From the human T2T-CHM13v2.0 reference genome, Homo sapiens, in the NCBI RefSeq assembly GCF_009914755.1, contig NC_060938.1: DNA of 64,000 bases; one strand, given 5' to 3'. Shown piece by piece: positions 1 to 11,192 of the stretch. Numbering within the stretch: position 1 is the first letter of the stretch; each line of letters begins with the position of its first letter. The notes below the pieces were generated by a model. That model was not told the DNA's origin. It was given only the letters and a program-made list of their open reading frames with translations, and searched no databases. The translations under genes were made by a program, and so were the position numbers.

Positions 1-508
1 TGGAGAGGGTGAGTTAGGCGTTTAGGGAGGCAAACTGGGTTTGTAGCAGCTGTTGCCAGTGCCTTGAGCCCCAACTCTTCGGCCCACCTCTGATTCTAAT
101 GGTCTCTGTGCCAGACATTACCATACACCTTGATATCATCACCCACAAAACCTTTGCTTTTCTGCCTAGGAGTCTGTCAAATCTGTGGGAAATCAGCCCT
201 TGGAAGTGCTTGAAAGTTAACATCTCTAAGGACAACTCTCAATCAATGGTGATTGGCGCCAGTGGATAAATACTCTAGCCTCTCTCATGCTTAAGACAGA
301 AAATTCCAGGAGGCATTTGTGAGTTGATCCCACATTGCCTACAGTAGTAGAGAAGTTTCATAATGCAGCCTTTATTAGCCTTTCCTTCTCCCTTACCTCA
401 CTCTCCTCCTTCCCTTCCTCCTACTTCCTGAGGTCACTTCCCAAATAAATTATATCCACTCAGATCCTTATTTCCAGCTCTGGTTTTGTGGGTACCCAAA
501 CCAAGACA
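1..508 (+). mobile_element. ERVL LTR, LTR16-like, 5' part cut by window edge
   Basis: 3' end CCCAAATAAAT...GATCCTTATTTCCAGCTCTGGTTTTGTGGGTACCCAAACCAAGACA resembles the LTR16 terminus with AATAAA signal. Confidence 0.65.
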
Positions 509-1449
509 GTGTTTGTTAAAGGAAAAAAAAAAAGCATGCAGTTTTATACTGTTGAATATGCAAAACAATAGAAAATTTCTTTTTGCAACATTATTTCTAG
601 GGGCAGCCTAGATTAATCCTAAATCTCCAATAAAAGTGCTTATGGTGCCTCTCCAGAAGAAAAGATTCTATAGCATAATGGATGGCATTCAATCACAGAG
701 AAAGCCCACTGTGTTAAATGAGGCCTGTTCTAAGAAGGCTAACCTGGAGTTGCTACTGGCAGGAAACATTTCAAATACTCACTAAATTCTCCTTAGTTTC
801 ATTTTACCTCGTTATGCTTCATTATGCCCCAAGTAACACAGCAAATAATTCCCTTTGGCCCTTGCTCTTTATTGCCTTCCAAATATGGAACAAAATGCTT
901 ACCATTTTCTTCCTCACTGTCTAGTCAAACTTACTCATCACTCCTCCTAATCTTATCTCATTCAGCCATTCTAATTACCCTTCTGTGAATTCCTCCTGGC
1001 TGTCTACATGTACCAAGACTTCCGAGCAGAGTCTCATCAGAGAAGTAGGGTATCTAAGACATACTTTATAGAGGCTACAATTTGAATAACAGGAACAAAG
1101 AAGAAATAACTCCTTTGTCCACCTTCAAAACTTTTGATACACTGCAAGAGCCTGTAATTTGTAAACCATTTAATCTCACAGGGGGAACCTAGGATTCTCA
1201 GAGTCCGCTCCATCAGGGCAACTATTTACAGCAGACTTTCCTCAGATATACTTGTTCACTTTGTGCTACTCCCTTTGATGTAGGTATAATTAAGCTGATT
1301 GCAGCCCCAGTTGGCCACTATGTTCAAAGAAAAAACCCAGTAGCAATTCAAAATGATTGCTCTAGCCACGCACTTTTCTCTATTCCTTGCGTACCTTGAG
1401 GATGGTTGTATAGCCCCAAGGCACTTGCTGTTAATATTAGGGAAGGTTT

Positions 1450-1848
<399 letters not shown>

Positions 1849-2719
1849 TCATCAAGTTGCTTAGGATGCAGAAAAGCCTGCCTGCCATCATTCCCCACAT
1901 CTGTTCTTGTAACTACATTCTCTTCCACATGTGTTTCCTCTCTGAGGCAGTCGAGTTGCTGAAGCTCAGTGAGCTGAGGTGGATTCTAAATTACGTCCAG
2001 ACCTATAAGTCAACTAAATAAAGGAAATGTAAGGGGGAAGAAAGTAAATCTTCAATTCTTCTTAGTAATTTTTAACTTCAGAGAAATAAAAGAACACATT
2101 GTGATAAGTTTGACATCACTAGATGAAAAAAGGCCATAAGATATATGTTTTCTGAGTATGTGTGATCAGGCTAATGCTTCATGTTAAATATTTCAATCTA
2201 TATTTGGAAATTTTATGACATTCACTGTGGTAAGTTCTGAGAGCTCATTTGCGGCCAATCTGCACAGCACATGCAAAGGGGTAAGAAATAGAAGTAAAAT
2301 TTGTGAAGTTGCTTCTCCATACCAGACACATGTCACACATGTTAACTCACTTGATCCTCACTCTAATCTCCTCCCTGTAAATGACCAAACTAAGTATAAG
2401 TGACCTGCTCAACTTACTAATTACAACCACAGGCGAAAGAAAGTCTACCCACTTTCCACTTCGTCACACCGCTTCCTGATAACTGTTCTTTGTGGTCACA
2501 ACCATTATCACAATCAGCATATGTAATTCAGACAGAAGTAGCTACTTCTTCCTAGTTTGTCAATATTAGGAATATGGATTGTTGAATAAGCAAAAAATAA
2601 AAAATAACCAGACCTTAAATACTTACCTTCTTTAGAGGAAGGATGGGATCTCATCTTTTGCTTCTTGTTAACTTCCCTGTAATGTTGGGAAACATGTTTC
2701 ATAAATTCTATTAGGAAGT

Positions 2720-3097
2720 TGTGGCAGACACTATTCACTGGTTCATGACCCCAACTGTGACTTTAAATCCATTATCCCTAACTGTTTTCATGAGTGGGCA
2801 CAAAAATCCCTTGTGACCAAGATACATGCCAAAGTTGGCTAACGGATTTCTGAGAAAGCTTTTGATTTTCTGATACAAATGCCACACATTTCCTTCCTTT
2901 TCCTTCTTACCTTAAATATGGGTATAATGCTGGAGTCAAAGCAGCTATCTTTTACTCTGAGGGAAAGGCCAAGAAAATCAGAGACGGGCCCTGACACTGT
3001 TCCTGAACCTATGGTAGGAAAAATAAACCCTTTTTTCTTTAAGCCACTATAGTTGGCTTTTTGTTATTTATAGCTAAATGCATCACTAACTGATACA
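2720..3097 (+). mobile_element. Old MaLR LTR (MLT1J/K/L-like)
   Basis: Starts TGTGGCAGACAC; ends AATAAACC...TTTAAGCCACT...CTAACTGATACA. Confidence 0.7.
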
Positions 3098-3185
3098 AGC
3101 ACAAAATATTTTACAGTGCAAGTTTAATTCCTTCAAATGAGATAATGTTCTAGCAATAGGTGTCTGTCTGAAATATAATCTAGAT

Positions 3186-3390
3186 TAGTGCTGTCTAATA
3201 GGGTTTCTGTGATTTTGGAAATGCTCTGTGTCTATACTGTCTAATATAGTGACCACACATGACGATGGAGCACTTGAAATATGGCTAGTGCAGCTGAGAA
3301 ACTAGATTTCTGTTCTATTTAATTTTAATTAAATCAACTTTAAATCTAAATAGCCATATGTAGCTAATGGTTGTCATATTGGACAGCACA
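3186..3390. mobile_element. MER3 non-autonomous hAT DNA transposon
   Basis: Terminal inverted repeats GTGCTGTCTAATA / TATTGGACAGCAC; core GAGCACTTGAAATATGGCTAGTG; flanks ATCTAGAT/ATCTAGAC resemble an 8-bp TSD. Confidence 0.85.
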
Positions 3391-4018
3391 ATCTAGACTT
3401 TTGGGTTTTTTGTGTCATGACACATATGTCATGTCTGTGTTTGGAATGAGAGACTGAAAACTTGCATGAATCTACTTGAGGCAAATGAATTATCTTTTAT
3501 TCAGCCAGAACGCAGAAAACGTAAACAGCAACGACCCAATAATCCCAGTACTTCCAAAAAGTAGCCAAATATTTTAGTAGTTTTTAGACTTCTTTATGCC
3601 AGAGACAAATCAGCTAAAAGGTTTCTTGTGATCCTGAACTAAAAGATGGTTAAATCATATGTCTTTTGGATAAAGGAAAATAGTGAATTCTGGGATAAAA
3701 ACAGCATATTGCCTCATTTTACCAAAAGGGCCTCTCTGAAGTATTGACAAGGCAATAATTACTCTTGAGATACATCAATGAGATAAGTTCATTACATTTC
3801 ATCCAAGTCATCACCTCTACAAGGACAGTCCTGGGCAAGGCCTACTTTCAGCAAAGAGTGTCTTCTGAGTGTCCTAAACCACTTAATTAGCAAAGTGTCA
3901 TTCCATATTTAATAGCCTTTCCCCCAATTATATCCACTCCCCACTTTGGCGGTCTATCCTATAACTTTATTCCCTCATTCCCAGAGAATGTTTTAAGGGA
4001 GACTTTTAAAAATCAGTA

Positions 4019-4401
4019 TGTTATAGGCTGAATTGTGTACCCCCAAAATTCCTGTGTTGAGGCCCTAAGCACTGGTACCTCAAAATGTAACTGTATTTGG
4101 AGATAGAGCCTCTAAAGAAGTAATTAAGGCAAAAGGAGGTTACATGGGTAGGCCTTAATCCACTATGACTGGTTTCCTCATAAGAAGAGATTAGGACACA
4201 AACAACACATAGACTGGGGGGTGGGCCATGTGAGGATACAGTGAGAAGTCAGCTTTCTGCAAGCCAAAGAGAGTCTTCAGAAGAAACTAAACTTGCCAAC
4301 ACCTTAGTCTTAGATTTCTAGCCTCCAGAGCTGCAGGGAAATAAATTTCTGTTGTTTAAGCCACCCATTCTATTGTATGGCAGCCCTAGAAAACTAATAC
4401 A
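4019..4401 (+). mobile_element. MLT1B-like solo MaLR LTR
   Basis: TGTTATAGGCTGAATTGTGT...AATAAATTTCTGTTGTTTAAGCCACC...AACTAATACA; 5-bp flanks CAGTA/CAATA. Confidence 0.85.
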
Positions 4402-4689
4402 CAATATCTACCAACTTTCTCTTGAGCTCTAAAAAGAGGCTCTATTTTGGGAAAATCTAGAGAAAGTTAGATAAGAAAGGAGCACAGTAGCAAGTTCATA
4501 GGAGAAATGTGTTTGGTAGTTGGGGTTCTGAGGCCTGCACAATCCAAATGTACAAGTTTGCCTCCTTGGTTAGTGAGTTGCATATAGTGGCAGAGTTATA
4601 AGTAGAGAGGGGATGGTGGAAGGGAATTAATCACTTAGAAAAATCAAGAACTTAAGTAGTTGAACAGCAGTTATTTCATAAAATGTTAG

Positions 4690-5070
4690 GTCTGAAAGAG
4701 GCACTAGAAATTATTTGGCTCAACATTCTCTTTGTATAATTATCAAACCGAGGCTCTGAAATAGCAAATAAATAGCAACTTGTCTAAAATCAGCCAGTCA
4801 GTGGGAAAACTAAGACTGGGACCAGGTCTCTCGGCCAGTGTTGTATTCTTTACTCCATCCTATTTTGAGGAAACTACATATTCTGTTTTTCTTATTTTTT
4901 ATTAGAAATACATTGTAAAATGTTTATAAATCATAAATTATATTCAAAAAGTTAGCTCTGTGTCTCAGTCCTCAGTTTTAAAGCCACCATATATCATTTT
5001 ACATCCTTGGGCAAGCTCTTAACCTGCTGGAGACTCATTTTCTTCATTTGTAAAATAACAGTGATAACGG
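4690..5070. mobile_element. MIR fragments (two, opposite orientations)
   Basis: AAACCGAGGCTCTGA...AACTTGTCTAAAATCA and CCTTGGGCAAGCTCTTAACCT...TTTCTTCATTTGTAAAAT core motifs. Confidence 0.55.
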
Positions 5071-6241
5071 CTGCCCTTTCTATTGTATTGTCTCCATAAT
5101 CAAAAAAAGACAATCCATGAAAATGTGCTTTGAATATCGCAAAGCTTTAACACTTTAAGGTAATAGTATTATAGTTTATTGTAGCTGAAGGTTAAAGTCC
5201 GTTTTTTTATTACCCATGATAACTTTACTCTTGAACCAAGTTCACTGTATCGAGAGAAATTAAAAAAAAAAAACTTATTTTAAACCAAACTGAATCAGAA
5301 CTAGTCATCTCATGGGAAATATCCATGAACTTCTGAAGAGGTTTAGATGGAATGGTTCGTTGCATCTGTGTTTATGTTGCTAGCATAAGGTTACTACTGC
5401 CTCTGGCAAAAGAAATCAAAATCTGTAGCTCTTTTCCCACCTTGATTACAAGATGACAGATAAAAGTTTTTCTGTCATCTGTCTTTTGGGGCTTCAAATA
5501 AACATATATTGTAAATTCAAGCCAAACCCCGAGAAGGCACTTACAAAGTCTAAGAAATCGCCTCCTGGACCCGGTGAAGCCTCAGTAAACCTGTTCTTTC
5601 TCACTGAGGAATCTGCCACAGGAGTAAAATGATTTTGGTTCTTCACTAATTTGTAGAAGAATTTTAGTGGAATGTATATCAGGCAATGAACACAGAAGTC
5701 ACATAGATGTGCTCTATAGAGAAGCCATCTGCTGTATTCTTAATATTTTACTACTACATTTATTCATAGGTATACATTATGCCCTTTACTTATTAAAATC
5801 ACTAAGAACAATGAAACCTTTTTTTAGTCACAAATAGTAGAAATCGGGATAGCAGTAACAGTATTTTAACAGCTTCTGCTTCCAGTTTATTGATGCATTT
5901 TGTTTAACTTTATGATTTTTTTAAAAAATCACAATTCACACACATGAATAGTATATATTATATGAGTTTGAATTACAAATCATGATAGTCAAATGCTTCC
6001 CCAGTAAAACATACTCTCTTTCTGGGCAGGGTCCTTTTCTAGCTAATGGGGTGCTAAACTTATAGGGTAGGGTCTAACACATAAATCTCAAAAAGGAATA
6101 ATTTATTTACCTATTAAACTAATCCATTGGCTAAAAGAATATTAGTAGGAAATTATCCTTTTGAAATTGATGTTCTACTAATGTCTGAATATTTATGTTC
6201 TTTCTTGTAAATAAATTAGACAGGAAGCAGCAACAATTAAC

Positions 6242-6770
6242 TGTGTCAGTTAGTAAGTTATTATCTAAGTTTCAAATCCATCCTTCTAAATTCTGTTTTG
6301 TTATGCTGGGCTGGGACTCTGCAAACCACATTTCTGCATTGCAGGTTGAATGAACATTAGGCTCTTCTAATTATGAGCACTAGAGAAAGAATGCAAGTCT
6401 AGGGGAGGAGAAAGAGACCTGCTGGCTTATGGTTCCTGTGAGCATCACCCCCACTATGCTTCCTCAACCCAGCAGTGGGAGTTCCTTCCTATAGCAGCAG
6501 CTGAATCACTTGGCAGTTTTTCCAACACTTACAGAACCAGTCTCATTATTTCTTCCTCCTCCAGAGAGATCAGCACCATCCAGAGAATGCTCCCTCTTCA
6601 GAGATCTGGATCCCAAGCCCACAGAGAATCTCCTCTGAATTCAGATCCCAACACCACCAAATAGCACCTCCTCCTCAGACGTCTGAATTTCACCTCGTAA
6701 AATCTCTTCCTCTGAATTTCTACATTTTATCCACTCCAAATTCTTCCCTTTGCTTAGTCAGATTTAGGGG
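6242..6770. mobile_element. Old ERVL-class LTR (LTR41/LTR33-like)
   Basis: Begins TGTGTCAGTTAG; ATGCTGGGCTGGGACTCTGCAAACCACATTTCT motif typical of these LTRs; family uncertain. Confidence 0.5.
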
Positions 6771-6784
6771 TAGTCAGATTTAGA

Positions 6785-6965
6785 GGGGCACTCAAGCTTT
6801 ATTGTGCCTCAGAATCACGCAGAGAGGTTATGAATCACATATCCTTGGACACCACTCCAACAGATTCTGATTTAGTGTGTCTTGGGCAGGGCTTGATTTT
6901 TACTCCCTATCAAGTTCCCAAACAATGTGGAGGCTGCTGGTCTTGGATTTGGTTCGAATCATGTG
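6785..6965. mobile_element. MER5A hAT-Charlie element
   Basis: CTCAAGCTTTATTGTGCCTCAGAATCAC...CAGATTCTGATTTAGT...AAGTTCCCA...GCTGCTGGTC. Confidence 0.7.
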
Positions 6966-6989
6966 TTTAGACTTGAGTGTAGTAGTACT

Positions 6990-7605
6990 GAGTTCCCAGA
7001 CAAGAGGAAATAGGATGTAAATCATCCATGGCATGCAGTTAATCAGGGGATCGCCTCTGGATGGTTGTGATGAAGTTCCTTGAAGCCCCAAATGGCTGCT
7101 GCACTTGACCATCATAGCAATAGAGATAACTGTAAGGAACAGTGGTGTGGGGTGAATTCTTCTGAGTGCACTAACTTACTTAAGGAAAATTAGAAGCTTA
7201 AATCTGTATACTCATTTCAAGTCATGTCAGAGAACTAAAAATCTTCTGGGGCGGTCCTAAAGGAATCTCACTCCTTCTAGCCATAAGACCAATACCACTA
7301 TAAGGCAAATGTTAAGTATAATTTTGTGATTTGAAGGATTCATGGTCACTCGAAGTGTCTCTTAAAAGTTATGATGCTGGAGGAATGAGGACATCTAGTT
7401 GGACTAGGATGAAACTGAGAATTTTGAATACTCATTACTCTGAGTCTCTTTTGTCAGTGGAAAAAGATGACTTTCCTATGTCGAGGGAGAGTAGCTTTCC
7501 TTTGCTTAAAAACAATGTAATAACCTCACCTAGGTTAGTTTGCCAAGGCAGGATGTCCATCATCCCTACAATCCTTTATTGCCACTAGACCCATAACTAC
7601 AGTTA
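6990..7605 (+). mobile_element. ERVL internal region (5'/gag side), degenerate
   Basis: GATGAAACTGAGAATTTTGAATAC...TCTGAGTCTCTTTTGTCAG resembles ERVL-int; an ERVL pol remnant follows after the MLT1 LTR. Confidence 0.5.
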
Positions 7606-7609
7606 GATA

Positions 7610-8088
7610 TCTGCAAATATATTACCTTACATTTCAAAATAAATTTTGCAGATGTGATTAAGTTAAAGATACTGAGATTTGGAGATTATCCTGGATTAAC
7701 TAACTGGGCTCAATGTAATCACAAGAATCCTTATAAGAGGGAGGCAGGAGGGTCAGAGTCACAGAGACAGAGAAGGAGATGTGATGATGGAATCAGAAGT
7801 CAGTGTGAGAGGCTGAAAGAGAAGGAGAGAAAGAGACTTGAAGACACTATTCTATTGGCTTTGAAGATGGAGGAAAGAGGCCACCAGTTCAGGAATGCGA
7901 GTAGCCTAGAAAAGCTGGAAAAAAGCAAGAAAGTGTATTTCCCTCTAAGGCTTCCAGAAAAACCATACTCCTGTCAACATCTTTGACTTTAGGACTTCTG
8001 ACTTCTAAAACTAAGAGAATAGACTTGTATTGTTTTAAGGCACTAAATTTGTGGTAATTTGTTACAGCAACAATAGAAAAGGAATATA
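7610..8088 (+). mobile_element. MLT1D/E-like MaLR LTR
   Basis: TTTGCAGATGTGATTAAGTTAAAGAT...GGAGATTATCCTGGATTA...TTTGTGGTAATTTGTTACAGCAACAATAGAAA. Confidence 0.85.
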
Positions 8089-8240
8089 CTAGTTCATTAC
8101 ATTGATGATATTATGCTGAATGGGTCCTATGAGAAAAAAGTAACAAGTATATTATATACCTTAATGAAATATATGTGAATCAAAGGTTGGGAGATAAATC
8201 CCATAAAAGTTCAGGACCCATCACCTGGGTAAAGTTTCAC
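8089..8240 (+). mobile_element. ERVL pol reverse-transcriptase remnant with YIDD catalytic motif
   Basis: Hand translation from 8089: LVHYIDDIMLNGSYEKKVTSILYTLMKYM*IKGWEINPIKVQ, matching HERV-L LVHYIDDIML...GWEINP. Confidence 0.85.
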
Positions 8241-9506
8241 ATAATCCTAAATCCTGATGGATACTGGCTACCTCCATAGTAATTGTTGTACTTATTTGTT
8301 ATCTATTGGGTATAGAACAATATATTCTATGATTTTGATCTGTTTTGAAGTAATTTCCTTCCTATAGTCTCCTTAATAAAAAATATATTTACCTTCTTGT
8401 TAAACACAAGTTGATATTTTATTGTCAGCAGAATTTTACTATTAAGATTATCATGTTTGAACACAAATTCAAGATGTCTTTAAATTTTGAGCTTGGAAAC
8501 TGTTACCCAAAACAGCAATTAAGCAGGGTTTTTATAATGCTATAGTTTATTTAAAACATAAATTAATATTGTAGACATTAATTGTTTAGATGTAATATTG
8601 TCGATATGCTTTCAAACTAAGAAATAAAAGACATGGACATAATGATGGCAACAATAGAAACTGGTATAAACTATAAACTATTTCTATAAACTGCTTCTTT
8701 TGCCATGGGCGTCTGCTTCTTATGTTTCTTAAGCTAAACTTTTAACCACTGTGCTATACATTTTGTAAAGAAAGAAAGTACAAATAGTGAGAAACACTGA
8801 CTCAGAGTCAGGATTATAAGTCTAGATGCAGCTGGACTATATGATTTCTAAGCTCCTTCAGCTCTAAAATTCTATGGCAATGTAAAAGCTTTACTAGTCC
8901 AGGATAAAAACAGTTAAGCAGAACAATATTCTTCCAGCCCTACTCCCGATGCTATATGTAGGTTAACTTCTCTCTCAAAATTAAAATCACAGGCTCTTTT
9001 AGGACAACTTGATCTACATATCTGACTCATTTTCTTGTAGAGGAAGAAATGGGAAGAAACACAAAGAACATAGTTCTGAGTCCATATGGCCCCATCTGTA
9101 TGCAAATCACCAAACAGAATGCAAAACACTTAACACCAATAATGGCAGAGTTATTAAAGCAAGTAATTTCCTTTTCCTGACACCATTTTCATGAACCTTG
9201 TCAAAACAGCTTCTTGCAAGTCACTTAAGGTCTAAGAGGCTTTTTTCCAAGGAAAGAGCTTCCTATATTAATACAAATCCCTTCAAATTTTGAGCCTGGA
9301 AGACCTCAGCAGGAGAATCTCTGGGTGGAAATTATGACTGTACAAGTGATCTTTACTCACTTCTGAAACTTCACTACCTCCTCAGAACTTTCTCACTGTT
9401 GTACCTACAACAATTACCATGCCAAGAACCCAAGGATACATCACTCCCCTTCTTAAATTCTGGCCCACATTTCAATTCAAACAAATTTTTTTTGTCTTGT
9501 TTATGA

Positions 9507-9834
<328 letters not shown>

Positions 9835-10269
9835 CTAAGCGCTATTTTGAAAAGAACTGTTTGTAACAATTAAAAGAATTTTAAAAAAAAGCACAGTCTA
9901 CTTTATGAAGTGTACATTTCCTCTTCCAAAAAAGCTAATTCATTCATGTAGTCATCATGGGCCTCCTATTCTATTCTACACCTGTTTGAAGCACAAAATT
10001 ACACTTTTAACTCAGTTTCAGCTCTTCTCTCTATTCCCCTCTTTGTCACCTTTCCTCCTAAATCACAGTGTGGGGTAGAAGTGTTAACCACCTAGAATTT
10101 GTGAGGGAATAAGTGATTAACACATATAATATGCAGTGCAACCTTCATATTCTACTAAGAGCTCATCACCACCAATGAAGAAACAGGCACTTAAGTTTCT
10201 TCTCCTGTTTTTTCCCCAAGATGGCAGACATATTAGGTCATTCTCACATTGCTATAAAGAAATACTTGA

Positions 10270-11135
10270 CATCCTCTCCAGCATCTGTTGTTTCCTGACT
10301 TTTTAATGATTGTCATTCTAACTGGCATGAGATGGTATCTCATTGTGGTTTGATTTGCATTTCTCTGATGACTAGGGATGATGAGCATTTTTTCATGTGT
10401 CTGTTGGCTGCATAGATGTCTTCTTTTGAAAAGTGTCTGTTCATATCCTTTGCCCACTTTTTGATGGTTTTTTTTTTCCTTGTAACTTTATTTGAGTTGT
10501 CGATTCTGGACTTGGAGAAATAGGAACACTTTTACACTGTTGGTGGGAGTGTAAATTAGTTCATCCATTGTGGAAGACAGTGTGGTGAACTCTCAAGTAT
10601 CTAGAACTAGAAATACCATTTGACCCAGCAATCCCATACTGGATATATGCCCAAAGGATTATAAATCATGCTAGTATAAAGACACATGCACATGTATGTT
10701 TATTGCGGCACTATTCACAATAGCAAAGACTTGCAACCAACCCAAATGTCCATCAGTGATAGACTGGATTAAGAAAACGTGGCAAATATACACCATGGAA
10801 TACTATGCAACCATTAAAAAGGATGAGTTCATGTCCGTTGCAGGGACATGGATGAAGCTGGAAACCATCATTCTCAGCAAACTATCACAAGGACAGAAAA
10901 TCAAACACCACATGTTCTCACTCATAGGAGGGAATTGAACAATGAGATCACTTGGACACAGGGTGGGGAACATCACACACCAGGGCCTGTCAGGGAGTGG
11001 GGGGCTGGGAGAGGGACAGCATTAGGAGAAATACCTAATGTAAAGGATAAGTTGATGGGTGCAGCAAACCAACATGGCACATGTGTACCTATGTACCAAA
11101 CCTGCATGTTGTGCACATGTACCCTAGAACTTAAA

Positions 11136-11185
<50 letters not shown>
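10270..11185 (+). mobile_element. 5'-truncated, 5'-inverted L1PA 3' end (twin priming) with (TA)n tail
   Basis: 10270-~10511 antisense and 10513-11140 sense L1 ORF2 end/3'UTR; TSD AGAAATACTTGA (10258-10269, 11186-11197). Confidence 0.92.

Positions 11186-11186
<1 letters not shown>
11138..11186. repeat. (TA)n microsatellite
   Basis: Uninterrupted TA run at the position of the L1 poly(A) tail. Confidence 0.97.
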
Positions 11187-11192
<6 letters not shown>

